64,000 nucleotides of DNA, taken from assembly GCF_006345805.1 (NCBI RefSeq), contig NC_042998.1, forward strand, positions 58,342,001 to 58,406,000, written 5' to 3'. Both the position numbers and the translations under genes were made by a program. Each line of letters starts with the position of its first letter. Positions within the stretch are counted from its first letter, which is position 1. Below the pieces are notes generated by a model. It was not told the DNA's origin and did not search any database. It worked only from the letters and a program-made list of their open reading frames with translations. The stretch comes from Octopus sinensis (Eukaryota). Positions 14,668-28,082 of the stretch are shown here, piece by piece.

Positions 14668-15010
14668 GAAGGTACATGGCTCAGAGGTTAGAGCATTGAG
14701 CTTATGATCATGAAGTTGTGAGTTCGATTCCCAGATCAAGCTGCATGTTGTGTTCTTGAGCAAGACACTTTATTTCACATTGCTCCAGTTCACTCGGCTG
14801 TAGAAATGAGTTGCGATGTCCCTGGTGCCAAGCTGTATCAGCTTTTATCTTTCCCTTGGAGAGGGGAGGCTGATAAGCATGGACAACTTCTGGTCTTCCA
14901 TAAAAACAACCCTGGGTTGTGCGTTCACCAGTGAGGCAACTTTCCACCCAGAGACTCATAACCTGGAGGGGAACCTCTTAGGGGAACCCATGGTCATTTG
15001 TGACTGACGG
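14668..15010 (+). mobile_element. tRNA-headed SINE, family D
   Basis: A/B boxes and body shared with 11530-11865. Confidence 0.75.
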
Positions 15011-15530
15011 AGTTGAGTTCTGAAGGTGGTGGTGATGAGGATAATTGGAACGAAAATGACAATGGAAGTGATGATGATTGTCATCCTCCTCATATTTAGC
15101 ATCACTCTCGTTATCATCATATTAGTGATGAATTAGATGCTAGTACTGACAATGATAACAATGGTGAGGACAACGACGATGACGATGATGATGATGTTGA
15201 TGATAATGATGGCTATGACAATGATGATCATGTAGAAGAAGAGAACAATGTCCATTTTCTGAAATCTTTGTTATTTTTTTCCAAATGTGAAGAGTCATAA
15301 ATATTTCTTCTCTAACGTAAATCCAGAATCATGTGTTCTTTACAATAGTGGCATTATAAATAATGGATAGTTCCTTATAATAGTCAATATAATGAGGAAA
15401 GAAGTATATATGTGCATGAGTGTATGATTGTATATACTGAACTATTTACTTGATGAATGAATATGTGTTTCTATATATATGCATATATACTTATATATAT
15501 ATATATATATATGTGTGTGTATATATATAT

Positions 15531-16860
15531 AAGAGAAAGTAAGAAGAAAAATAAGTGAAAATGCACATTGGAAATCAAAAAAAGGAAGGCTTTTTATGAA
15601 AAGTAACAATAGATATATACAATTAGATGAACTGAGGTAGGAATAAAAGTTATAAAAGTCATTATTGTGAATTGTTAAAGAGGTTTAAAAGCATACCGGT
15701 TTTGTAAAATTACTAATCATTGCTTTGAATGTGCACCGATTACTGAATGTTGTCAGGTCTACTAGTCCCTGAGTAAAAAGATAATGAGTAAGGGAGGTAA
15801 GTAGTTCTGGATATGGTGCAATTAGGGTAGAAATAGATCTGTAATGTGAATGGTGTATGGGATGTATGTGGGTTAGTGGTATTAATTGAAAGGTTAGTAG
15901 TGTTCTGTATTATGTAATGTGTTCATATTGAGTTGGGGAAGATATTTATTGATGAACGTTGCCTCTTTATTCATTCTTTGTTGTACTGAGGTGCTCTGTG
16001 AACATTGATAGAAGGGGAAAATTAGGAAATTAGGATTAAGATACCTAGCACACCTTTCTATCTGTTCACTGACCTGTATCTGCCTGTATTGTGGGTGGTG
16101 GATTTGTTCTTTGTGGAGAGTGGTTCTTCGATGGAGTGATATTCTTGTTTGGCCAATACAATTATTACCACACCCTCAGCATGTAATGGCATAAATTAGA
16201 TTTTCTGAGGCACAGGTGAAATTTCATTTAATCTTAAATATTTCACCTTGCTTAAGGTGGAACTCTGAACCCTCCAAAAGGTGGGGGCATGAACCACAGT
16301 TAGGTCGACCAGATTTTTTCACTTTTGGTTCTGTTGTTAATGGATGGAATCTTGTACTGGTTAATATTTTTTTCAATGATTTTGGTTGCATTTTGCTTTT
16401 AATAATTTTGTGTGAGCTTAACATTTTGTTCATTGTTTTATCTCCTGTGAGGATGGGAAGATTTTGGAGGGTAATGTTGAAGGCTTCGTTGTTTCTAGGG
16501 TTATGTGTAGAGATGCATGGGAGTATTTATAAGTCTGGTTTAGTATTTCAGCTGGCTTCCCTTAATGTTCACATATCTATTTCCTTTGCTCATTTAATGC
16601 CATCATTTATTAATGATATAGGGTAATGTCTTTTTATTAGTATTGATCTGAGTTCAAGGAGTCTTCATTAATGAGTATAGGTGTCCGAAACTATGGTACA
16701 GATTCTTTTCGCTAGATTATAAGGTATATTGATTTTTACGTGTTTGGTGTAGCATGAGTTGAATAATAGGTATTGTTTAGAATCTGTGGGTTTATAGAAG
16801 ATGTCTGTTTCGATGTGGTTATTGACTATTTTAATTAAGATGTCAAGAAAAGGGAAAGAA
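15531..16860 (-). mobile_element. 5'-truncated, decayed Penelope-like retroelement (RT thumb and GIY-YIG endonuclease)
   Basis: FLDILIKIVNNHIETDIFYKPTDSKQYLLFNSC (RT thumb), GRPNCGSCPHL and NFTCASENLIYAITC*GCGNNCIGQT (GIY-YIG), with stops. The 3' end abuts a (TA)n run. Confidence 0.88.
15688..15726 (-). ncRNA. Degenerate minimal type I hammerhead ribozyme in Penelope terminal region
   Basis: Minus strand AAAGCA-ATGATTA-GTAAttTTAC-AAAA-CCGG-TA-TGCTTT. Stems I and II and palindromic stem III are intact; the core is mutated from CTGATGA/GAAA. Confidence 0.6.
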
Positions 16861-17919
16861 ACAAATGGTTTTAGATTTTGCAACAATTGTTTCACTAGGA
16901 TTTTTAATTAATATGATCATAATAGAATATTATGGATTACATTATGCATTATGTGATTTCCCATGTTCATCAGCATTATTTAAAACAGAATTAAATAAAG
17001 ACTTGTGAAGCTATCCATTGATGCCTTGATTCTTTACGAATCCTATATAGCAGTGGTACCCCAACAACTACTGTATCCCAGTAGTGGCAGTGATCCAGCA
17101 TGTCAGCAACTCTCAAACTGAAACTTGTAAAAGTATAAAAGAAAGAGTTAACCAAAAATATATATTTTTTAGAAAATGCGTCCTTCATTGGTTTTGGCAG
17201 CTTATCAGTAAAGTATTTCAATTGTTTGAGTAAATAAGCAACTTATTAGAAAATGAGTGTAATGTAGTTGAGTTTTCCACAGACTCTGAACTCTAAATAA
17301 AAGTCTTGTTTAGAATCAGGATGGCTAAATGTGTGCCAAAAATGACCAAAGATGAATTACAGCAACTGTTCTTTCAGATTTCCATGTAATTTGTGTCTTC
17401 TCAATTTCATTTATAGAATTGAAGCTATGGTAAAAACACTGAGCATGCATTGAAATCAAAAATTGATACATATATGACTGCAGCAATATATATATATGAG
17501 CACAATTGTGGCTGTCCCAACATCATCATTTTATCACAAAAGAACTGTGTCTCTGTGACAGATTTCTTCTTCAGAGAACAACTACTTCAACTCTCAACTT
17601 AACCTATAAAACTCATAATGGAGTATTGCTCCCAGGTCTGGGATAGTGCTGCTGCTACACACAGAGACACACTTCTCATGACACATTAGCACATATATCC
17701 CATGACACACCAAGGTACACCCAATAACATCAATATACAACCCCTGACACAACAAAATACTCTTCACAGCATACCATGATATATCTCATGTTATACCAAC
17801 ATATGCACCATGACACATAAATATATAGCTGACATCCGACCAACATACATTCCATGTCCCACCAACATACATCCCATGCCTACTAACATGTATTCCATTA
17901 TACACTGACCTCATCCATA

Positions 17920-18876
17920 TTTTTGAACCTTCATTTGTGTAACAAATGAGCCATGGCATGGGAATGGTAGCAATATGATCTGGACTGTAGGTAGGGCGAA
18001 GCAGCACTTCCAGCACCTCAAGTTCCTCAAATTTTCATTTGGTCACATTGGCAATGTATGTTGGGGCATAGTCATGCCGTAGGAGTATGTGTCTTTGAAT
18101 GATGTGGGTAGTGGGCTTTCAAAGCGTCATGTACTCACTGGTGTTGTTGAGCATAAAGGTTCACATTTACAGCAAGACCATCTGGGACAAGCTCGAAGTG
18201 CAACATCTCTTTGAGATTTCATCAAACACATAACATGACCTCCTGTTCAAACCACCATTGTTTGACAACAGATTCTGAGGCCTAGCCAGAACAATGCTAC
18301 TGGTTTTTCTTATATGACTTACGAAAATAGGTCCATTTTTCGTCCCCAGAAACAGGCATCTAGAGGATTCGCCAGCAGTTGTTCTCAATAGTGTCTGTTC
18401 AAAAGGCCAATCTTATGGAGGTGTGGAGTGATGGTGCCTTATGAAGGACCATGTTGCCAACAATGTACGAATGTTTATGCTTGGCTGTTGTTCAATAACA
18501 GAAGGTGATCCTGATCTCGGTTTGTCTTCAAGGCTGGTGTCACCTCCTTTGAAATGACTGAATCAGTTTTGTGCCACATATTCATTGACACTTTCTGAGC
18601 CTTCCAAATCATTAATTTCTTTTGCTGCTCAGTTCTATTTTTCACAGATAGCGTAAAGAGGCTCTAACTGCAATTTTTCCACCACTCATTATCAAAGCTG
18701 TAAAACAAAGAATAAAAAATTAATGTTTATATGTTATATATGAAAATAAAGAATAAGCAATTCAGCAATGATTGGACAGCAAACTGTATGAAATTACTGA
18801 TATAACATAGAGATACAAGTTTCCAAAAGTCATCAGTGATAAACAAAAAAAAACACTTTTGACTTAACCTGGTATA
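17920..18876 (-). mobile_element. Decayed mariner transposon, 3' end lost
   Basis: Frameshifted transposase from ATG 18689 with FKGGDTSLEDKPRSG, EKW..F, VMLCV and EVLLRPTYSPD motifs. TIR-like TATACCAGGTTAAGTCAAAAGTG at about 18854-18876. Confidence 0.8.
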
Positions 18877-20849
18877 TCCCTTGAACACTCTGACATACTT
18901 CCCATCACACACCATCATATGTCCCATGGTAAATGAGAATACACTCCATTTATTGTTATTACTTCAGCTTCCAACTTTTGTGTACTTAACTGTACATTAG
19001 TTAGACTATAGTAGAATCTACAGAGCTATAAATATTCAAATCTAAATATGACTGTTTGGTTTGCAACTTCATGAACACGGTCTACTATAATTCTGACAGC
19101 AAATTATAAGCTATCTGGATACTCTAAGTTAAGATGCAACTCAGGTAAAACTCAAATCAATCCCTGACTGTAGATTAACATATAATTAGATTTGCAGTTC
19201 TGTGATTAAATTTTCACAAAATTTATCAAAGTCTTTGACAGAAAATTACCCAGTTTATAATCCTATGATTAGCCTCTGCCAAAATTGTCTTCGAAACTTT
19301 TAATTTTCCTGAAGAAGGGAAGAAGGTATAACTAAGAATTTAAATGCCTCTGAAAAGAAATTCACTAATGATGCTACATTAACTAGGATCTATTACAGCA
19401 CAGAATATTTAAAGATATTTTAGAAATTTTTTAATGCCAGCAAACTCAAGGTGGTTTTCCAAACCTTACCTCAGAATAAATTACAGTTGCTTTACAATCA
19501 TTGTACATGCTACATTGAAATAGGATATAGCTGTTGTCTATATTTAGATAGCTTCACTATAGTAAAGCATAATCCATCAGGAAAACACAGTGTAATCTGG
19601 TTTCAGAAACTGAACTCCTTATATTAGAGCTTATACATCAGCAGTCTCCATCCTAAGGGTTGAGCACCTAAAATAAATTACAATATAATTCTGAAAGTGT
19701 TGTAAAAACAAAACTTTTATTTTTGAAATATAAAATGTTTGTGAATATGTTATACATAAAGCTATAGACATAATGGCCACAACTCAACATTTATTGCAAA
19801 TAAAAACTGAGGAATATTTCCCGAAGAAAAATATTGAATGTTAATTTTATGAAATTTTTGGAAAATGCTTTTATTTAAAATATTAATAAAAGGGTCATAC
19901 AGAAGATTTATTGATCTGTCAAAATATGTCACAATGACAAATAGATGTTAAATATTCCTTCTCTTATTTCTTTCTTATTGTATTTCTAAATTTGCATTGT
20001 ATCCTTCAAACTTATTGTATTGCATTTTCATGAATTCAGTTTGAATTTTATTGCATGAATTTTAATGTAAAATCACATTTTTGAATCTGATATTACTTAT
20101 ATTGTTGTACTTACTGAGGACGTACTGCCATGAAGCACATACACAGATTGTGGTACACTAGTTTTGGTTTTAATTTTTAATTAATTTGTAGTAAGTTTTT
20201 CATAACACTGCTATGACCTTTTCAAGGATTCCAAATTTTAGATCATTGGAAATGTTACAATAGTGTGAAGAAAAATTTATGCCAAATTAACAAACATTAA
20301 AACTTTAACTGAAGTAAATCAGAATATGTGTTTATTGGCAAAATGGCATCCTTAAAGTGCAACAATATTCACAAGTATATTATATTTTATTAAAAGTAGA
20401 TGGACCTTCCAAGTGGTAAAGTTCGTATTCAGAATAAGAACTTTTTACTGTTTACAGTAAATAGTAAACTATTAACAGAATAAAAACTATTTACTGGTAA
20501 ATTGTTATTATTGTTTGACATGGAATCAAACCTAATCAAACAAACCTAACATTAATGATTTTCTAGCTGTTACTATCCATCATCTTTTTGACATTACATA
20601 AAATAATTATTAAGACTGCATTATCTAACATGTCCTTGCACTTTTAAGACAGAAAGCTTGATTTGATGAAGGTTTAAGTATCACTTCTTGCAGCACAAAG
20701 GAGTGTTAACTAGACACTGATGTGCTCAATTAGAAAAGTGAATACAATTTTAATAGTTAGAATTTCAGAAGAGAAAGAGAATACGAGCACAGTACATTCG
20801 CAATGTCTGAAACTTAAATACTTTTATTGGTTTGCTGTGAAGTAAGGGG

Positions 20850-21700
20850 TGGTGATTATTGCCCCTGCAGGCCTCTTGAGAATGGTGTGATTGACATGGT
20901 TAAAGTTCCTGTTAAATAATTGCTGGTAAACAATGACAAGAGAAACATATGCAGGAACAGAATTCCAGAAAATGACTTTATGAAGAGATAGAAGTGGGAG
21001 TAGTTATTAGCACACTGTCAGGGAGCAGATACAATATAGAGAGACATGGGAGTGCCTGAGTGGAGGTGGTCTGAGAGTTGAGGAACAGAAGCCCCTGTGG
21101 TAGTAATAACTAACCCCTTTGTTACTGTATTTATTTTGAGATGCTCTGTGTTTCTTCCAATTATTTAAAATATAACAAAGAAGTTAGTAAAATAACTTAG
21201 TTATCATTGAGCTAGTGTTAGGAACATAAATTGTGACTAAGATTTGGTGGAAAATTTGAATTCAAAACTTATGAAAACAACACATTTATACTAAAGAGCC
21301 AGAGCCGGTTTCAGCCAGGCTGGTAACGAAAGGGTTAAGGAGGAGAGAGGAAATAGCATGGCAGTGTGCCAGAAGTTAGATTGTGTTGCTGAGTGATTTC
21401 ATACAGATCAATCAAAAGATTATTTTCTTTGGAAATAGTCATTGATGCCTCTGACTGTAACAGTAATATTGCCCTGTGTGTGGTTTTGGTAGTCTTACAT
21501 GTACTTGCTTGTGGGTTTCACAAAAACTTTGTAGGAAGTAGTTTGGGGGAATTAAATATGTTCTGGCCCTGATGAAGAGAACCAGCCTTTTTGATCTATT
21601 GCTTGCTATATTGAATATGTGTATTCAGTGGTAGAGATACTCAGTGGTGTTGAGGCCTTGCATTTGTAGTCAGCTTGAGGGTTTTAGTTGTATGTCAGTC
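20850..21700 (-). mobile_element. Old degenerate LINE RT C-terminal remnant (Jockey/CR1-like), interrupted by a MITE
   Basis: Broken motifs resembling L.F.RAR..F, YK.FV.PT and LAHCHAISSL...YYYH.GFCSS. A related + strand scrap (MEYCSQVW) lies at about 17560-17660. Confidence 0.5.
21110..21338. mobile_element. piggyBac-type MITE, family 1
   Basis: CCC(C)TTTGTTAC / GTAACGAAAGGG termini with TTAA-like flanks; second copy at 33925-34147. Confidence 0.8.
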
Positions 21701-21726
21701 ATGCTAACTGGGAGTGTGATAATGTT

Positions 21727-21965
21727 TTCATGTGATAATCTTTGTACTGTATGACATGATTGACATGTGACAAGAGGACATGATTGACATGATTGTCTTT
21801 GTACTGTATGACATGATTGACATGTGACAAGATGATATGATTGACATGATTGTCTTTGTACTGTGTGCCATGATTGACATGTGACAAGATGACATGATTG
21901 ACATGATTGTCTTTGTATTGTGTGACATCATTTACATGTGACAAGGTGACATGATTGATATGAAC
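21727..21965. repeat. Minisatellite, about four 57-bp units
   Basis: CATGATTGACATGTGACAAGATGACATGATTGACATGATTGTCTTTGTACTGT repeated. Confidence 0.9.
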
Positions 21966-22483
21966 TACTGAAGGAAGTGTTTTTAGATTTCTGCTTGGGT
22001 ACAGAGAGTTAAGGAGGAATGAAAGTTAAGATGATATCAAGTAAAACGATGATGTATACAAAGAAGATTGTAGGAGTCATAGCCAAACCTTGGGGTGCAT
22101 TACAGTCGATAGAGTATGGATGTAAGAGACCTCCATCACCACACATTGTGATGGTGTCATCTGACAGGAAGCAACTGATTCCAGAAACAAGAGCTGGCTG
22201 GAACCCATAGGTGGTCTGGTTTACCAAGAGACTCACATGCTAGACATGGGGAATTTGCTGATGTCAAGTATTCAAATATCACTGCACTGTTTTCACCAAA
22301 TTTCTTCCACTTTTTATGATATTACCTATAATTGATTTGCTTTCCATTCTTTAATAGAGGAAAAGAGACAATGTCCACAACATTTTCAAATCCTTCCAGA
22401 CAAGTGTTGAATTGTTTTGTTTTAATGTATACAATTAAATTTTTCCTTGAAGGAATGATATATTTTCTGGTATTAAGGTAAAA

Positions 22484-22735
22484 GTGGTGGCACGTGGCCT
22501 AGTGGTTAGGGTGTCAGCATCATGATCGTAAGATTGTGGTTTTGATTCCTGGACCAGGCAACGCGTTGTGTTCTTGAGCAAAACACTTCATTTCACATTG
22601 CTCCAGTCCACTCAGCAGGCAAAAATGAGTAATGCTGCGATGGACTTGTGTCCTGTCCAGCTGGGGAACACATACGCCATAGAAACCGGAAAACCGGCCC
22701 TTATGAACCTGGCTAGGCTTTAAAAGTGCATTTAT
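22484..22735 (+). mobile_element. tRNA-headed SINE, family D variant
   Basis: TGGCCTAGTGG A-box and TTGTGTTCTTGAGCAAAACACTT core; 3' part related to 56525-56833. Confidence 0.7.
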
Positions 22736-22802
22736 TTTTTTTTTAAGGCAAAACATTGCTTTCTTATGAACTTTGTTTAAACAGACTTTTGATAATACAG
22801 GA

Positions 22803-22907
22803 TCTCATTTGATTTTCTGAACTCTAATTATTGTCTCATTTGATTTTCTAAACTATAATTATTTTCTCATTTAATTTTCTGAACTCTAATTATTGTCCGT
22901 TGATTTC
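22803..22907. repeat. About three 31-bp tandem units upstream of exon A
   Basis: TCTCATTTGATTTTCTGAACTCTAATTATTG repeated. Confidence 0.85.
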
Positions 22908-22973
22908 ATATTCTTTTACATGATCTTCCTCTGTATTTAACCCATGCACATTTCTCTTCTAATATTTTGACAG

Positions 22974-23259
22974 GTATCCAGGTTACTGGGTATAACACAT
23001 GAAAAGATCATTTTACTTGACCACAAGAGTAAGGCATTAGTAAAATCAGAATACATCGGTGATTTGCAAGAGTGGTATACTGGAGAAGATCGAGCCCATG
23101 GTGGACTAGTACTGGAGTTTCGAGGTGCTAAACCATGGATACTGACAACACCTTCGGTTGAAAATCTGAAGTATGTAGCTGCAGCTCTTTGGGAAGCCAT
23201 GGATATTGAGGGCCGTTTCCTTGCATCTAGTGGTTTACGAAGAAACAGTTTAGATTTTG
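22974..23259 (+). CDS. PLCE1: Internal coding exon A of PLC-epsilon-like gene; FERM-C/PTB-like segment
   Basis: Pyrimidine tract plus CAG acceptor (22971-22973) and G|GTGAGC donor (phase 1). Translates VSRLLGITHEKIILLDHKSKALVKSEYIGDLQEWYTGEDRAHGGLVLEFRGAKPWILTTPSVENLKYVAAALWEAMDIEGRFLASSGLRRNSLDF. Splices in frame to exon B (G+AT=Asp). The symbol rests on linkage to exons B and C. Confidence 0.8.
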
Positions 23260-24655
23260 GTGAGCTTTTTTATTGCTTTGCTTGAAAACAAAATCATATA
23301 TTTTGTTGTGAGCAAGAAAAGATTAAATGATTTATTTTATCACTCAAAAATCTCATATCAATAATTTTTTTTTCATTACTTTCAATGAATATTTATGAAT
23401 ATTTGATATTTAATTTCCTTAATAATAGAATTTCGTTTTGTTTTTTTTTACATTAGTTTTTCATGTTAACATGGGTTAGATGAATATATTGTTACGGTAT
23501 TGTTCTACATCTCCAAAAGTGTAAACTAGAGGATGATTTGTTGACAGGGAAATGACATACCACTATGTACCTTGGGCATTTTCAGAGAAGGGCAAATGTA
23601 AACAACCACACAAACACACACATGCACACAGACATACATAAGTAAACACAAGTATATGCATACACAGGTATATATGATAAATGTTGTACAGCTTCTGCTA
23701 ATCAAATTCACTCATACAGCATTGGTCAGTCTGGGGTTATAGTAGAAAACACTTGTCCAAGGTACCATGCAGTATAACTGAGCCTCAAAGGATATGGCTG
23801 TGTATCAAACTTCTTAACTACAAAGGCAAACTAATACCTATGTAATTAGTGAATATATATGTTTTGTATTGGAAAAAAACACATGTGATTAAGAATATCT
23901 ATCAGTGCAATAACAGAGATGGTTCTGATGTAGAAGTAGTATTCTGTGGAGGTTACAACTCAAGCTGTAGTTTAGGCAGGGGTGGATCAGTACCTATTGG
24001 AGTATTCCATTCTAGATTTCACTGAAAGACTCAGATACAGTGTCTGGAACTGAAACAGGATTGTCATGGTAGGAACACTATCATTATAAATCTGCTTCCT
24101 GAGTATTGAACTTCGGTTAAGTACAAACAACCTAATTATAAGGATATCAAAGCTCACCTTTTTTCTTGTTGTTTGACTATCCAACAAACTTATCTTTTTA
24201 AAGAAAGAAATTTTCATTTAGACATTTTATTTCAGTTATTTTATATAATTCAAAACCTTTCATTAAGAAATGGTAAAATGAAAACATATATTTATTAATT
24301 CAATTAAGACAAAAACCAATAATTATATAATTATTGGCTTTTGTCACAAAAGATTTTGGCACCACACTTGCATCTTATATTGATTACTAGTTTTAACATT
24401 CACTGGGTTTACTTTTTTTCAGTGTAAATTAAATGATATTGTGATATAGTTCTGGTATTGATTTATTCTTTAAACATATCAGGTTCAGTTGATTCAATGA
24501 AAATGATAATATTAATAGCATAAATGAACATATTTTGAACTGTAATTAAGGCTAGTATGAAGATTTGGTTCAGTGAGAACAAGCAACCACTTCATGGTTG
24601 GTACATGCAACTAATTTACAACATTTACATATATGTATATACATGTGCCATTTGT

Positions 24656-24677
24656 GTGTGAATGGATAAGCATTTGC

Positions 24678-24714
<37 letters not shown>

Positions 24715-24867
24715 CACACATACACACATTCAAGAGCAGAATATATCTGGAAATTCGATTAAAATTTTTATCATAACATCATAAATTACATAGTCTTTAC
24801 ACATGTTTCACTAGAATGTACTAGCATGTCAGGCCATCTAATTTGAAATAGCAACTTTTCGATATTT

Positions 24868-24917
<50 letters not shown>

Positions 24918-25116
24918 ACGCACATAGTTAGCTGTGGGCATGGCTTTGTAGTTAAAAAACTTGCTTCAGAAATAAGCAGTTTAAGATTCATTCCTTTTGC
25001 ATAGAGACTATCAGTTGGTGTTTTCAACTATTTTCTCACATGTTGACCAATGCCTTACGAGTGAATTTGATAGATGGAAACTGAAAAGAATCTGATGTGT
25101 ATATATATATATTTAA

Positions 25117-25149
<33 letters not shown>

Positions 25150-25455
25150 GAGAGAGAAAGTGAGAGAAAGAGTATCTATATTTGTGTTTTCTTGTCTTGG
25201 TATTGCATGTTTGCTGTAAATGAATGTTATTCACCAGTATTGTTCAAAAACATGTCTGGTAATGGAGAAATATTACCTCCTTGCTCTGAAACAGGTAAGG
25301 GTTAGCAACAAGAAGGACATCGAGTCATTGAAAATCTGTCTCAATAAACTCCATCCAATTGATGCTAGTTATTCAACTGGCGTTTGAGTACTAATACTAA
25401 CATGTAAACTTGAGCAGAGGCATAGGTAAGACAAGGAAACACAAATATAGGTACA

Positions 25456-25504
<49 letters not shown>

Positions 25505-25711
25505 ACACACACACACATTAAATATATATATACACAGATTCTTTTCAGTTTCCATCTATCAAATTCACTCATAAGGAATTGGTCAACATGTGAGAAAATA
25601 GTTGAAAACACCAACTGATAGTCTCTATGCAAAAGGAAAGAATCTTAAACTGCTTATTTCTAAAGCAAGTTTTTTTAACTACAAGGCCATGCCCACAGCT
25701 AACTATGTGTG

Positions 25712-25770
<59 letters not shown>

Positions 25771-25925
25771 GTGTGTAAATATCGAAAAGCTGCTATTTCA
25801 AATTAGATGGCCTGACATACTAGTACATTCTAGTGAAACATGTGTAAAGACTATGTAATTTATGATGTTATGATAAAAATTTTAATCAAAGTTCCAGATA
25901 TATTCTGCTCTTGGATATGAGTGTG

Positions 25926-25962
<37 letters not shown>

Positions 25963-25986
25963 CTGCAAATGCATATCCATTCACAC
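24656..25986. repeat. Local inverted duplication, about 550-bp arms (24656-25198 / 25428-25986), about 230-bp spacer
   Basis: Arms match across unique sequence, microsatellites and a SINE fragment, e.g. CAAGAGCAGAATATATCTGGAA vs TTCCAGATATATTCTGCTCTTG. Confidence 0.95.
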
Positions 25987-26086
25987 CTAAAGCCATGAAT
26001 GCGTTGCTTGCATTAATTGCTGTGAGGCTTGTGTGTTTAAGTATATGCAGGAGTAAGTTTTCTAGCATTATTGTAGTTTTATATAT

Positions 26087-26288
26087 TGGTTTCAAATTTT
26101 GGCACAAGGCCAGCAATTTTGGGTGGGGAGAGGGTAAGTCAATTACATCGATCTCAGTGCTCAGCTGGTACTTATTTTACTAATCCCAAAAGAATGAAAG
26201 GCGAAGTCAACCTTGGTGGAACATAAACTCAAACGAATTGCCACTAAGCATTTTGCCCAGCATGCTAACAATTTTGTCAGCTCACCAC
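26087..26288 (-). mobile_element. SINE family C (MetaSINE-like central domain)
   Basis: Element strand carries the GACTTTGCCTTTCATCC...AAAATAAGTACCAG core. Other copies at 36438-36640, 36662-36875, 45627-45780, 55997-56204, 60575-60770 and 63170-63378. Confidence 0.7.
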
Positions 26289-26599
26289 TATTTTGTAGTC
26301 TTATATAGATCGTGGGTTATTTATGTAATATTTGTGAGTTTTGTTATGTAGCTGTTAGAGTGTGTCCTGTATGCACAGGAGTTGCAGAAGGAAAAGAAAA
26401 GGGATTTGGATAACTAATTTAAAGATGTTCTCTGTGAGTCCAATGGCGGATTCTGTTAAGCTGTATACACTGGGGAAGTCTTTTCTGTGTATCATTTATT
26501 TCTCAAAGCATTTACTGACTGAAAGCATAAAATCTTGTGGGGATGTTACTTAACTTAAATTTTTTTGTTGTGGTCAAAGATTTGTGAATCAAGATTAGG

Positions 26600-27100
26600 T
26601 AGACAGTTATAACTTACTTTGACAGTACTACAGTTAAATATTTTAGAACATCTATGTGTTCGTGAGAAGTGAATGTTGACTAGGGTGAAGAAACATCAAG
26701 CTATGTTTGTAGTTAAGTTATTTTATATGATCAATTGAACCACAGATCCTTTATACTTATCTTCTAGATATAGTTGGGTGAATTCAGTATAGATGATACA
26801 GACCTTGCTAGTGTGTTAGGTATTGTTGTGTAGGGTAGCTTTATCTGAATATAAGCTAGAAATGCTTACTAATTCTTTTTGGTGACCTGTTTAATAATAT
26901 AAAATAAGTAGTTAGAGACTCTATTTATGTAGGTGATTTCTTCATTTAGTTTATAGGAGTTGATAATAATTATAATATTACAGTCCATGGGGATGTCTAA
27001 GCAAGTAAGTGTTTCAAGATTAGAGAGGATAGTGATTTTTAGATTAAATATTTTTCTTAATATGATCCATATTATGTTCATCTTGGTTAGAAGCTACTTT
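26600..27100 (-). mobile_element. Possible highly decayed Penelope-like remnant
   Basis: ETLTCLDI (thumb-like) and IQIKLPY fragments on the minus strand. Confidence 0.3.
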
Positions 27101-27711
27101 GACAACTCCACCATTCCATTATAATCATACATTGACCTCTTTTACTTCATTGCTTAGCTTATATAGGATAAGTAGCCCAAGTAGATCCATATTTTCACTT
27201 CTGACATAGGTTTCTTTTGCAGTATTAGAGTTCATCACCTTTCTTTTACACCCAGTTAAAATTACTAGAAATAACAATACATTTCTTGTATTCTTAAGCC
27301 TTGCAAACAGATTTGATAGACAGAAATAATAAGAAGCTATCATGCATGCATGTGCATGTGTGTGTGTGCAGTGACATTTGTTCACTATTAACATGCATTA
27401 TCAAGACAAGTCACCTTGTCTTGACAGAGCATGTTAATTGCAAATCCAAGTCACCTTCAAAGACACTGTTTCAGTAGTTTGCTATCTTCTGTGAAATCAT
27501 ATCTAATTATTGTATTGTTCATGTTCAAATGACTTGGTGAAATATTGTGTTGCTTGGAAACAGGTAAGCATTGGTGTAAACAAATTTCATTTCACCATAC
27601 TGGCATGGAAAAGTAGACATTAGAATGATACTAATGTGACACACACACACTCACACACACACACGCGCGCACACACACACACGAGTGATTAAGAAGTTTG
27701 CTTTGAAATCA

Positions 27712-28082
27712 TACTCTTTTACTTGTTTCAGTCATTTGACTATGGCTGTGGTGGAGCACCACCTTTATTCGAGCAAATTGACCCCAGAACTTATTCTTTG
27801 GAAGCCTAGTACTTATTCTATCAATCTCTTTTTCCGAACTGCTAAGTTATGGGGACATCGGTTGTCAAGCGAGGTTGGGGAACAAACACAGACACACAAA
27901 CATATACACACACACATATATATATACATATATACGATGGGCTTCTTTCAGTTTCCGTCTACCAAATCCACTCACAAGGCTATGGTAGAAGACACTTGCC
28001 CAAGTTACCACCCAGTGTGACTGAACCCTGAACCATGTGGCTGGTAAGCAAGCTACTTACCACACAGCCACTCCTACGCCTA
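27712..28082 (-). mobile_element. tRNA-derived CORE-like SINE, family A
   Basis: Head GGAGTGGCTGTGTGGTAAG, CTTGGGCAAGTGTCTTCT core, internal (TA)/(TG) tract and GTAAAAGAG tail. Confidence 0.85.

Noticed and set aside
16935-16980. Hammerhead (minus strand CTGATGA...GAAA)
   Set aside because: No convincing stems I, II or III.
20105-20160. Hammerhead (CTGAGGA...GAAG...GTA)
   Set aside because: The core is imperfect and stems I and II do not pair.
21699-21944. His/Asn-rich repeat ORF
   Set aside because: It is a 57-bp minisatellite with no splice signals or homology.
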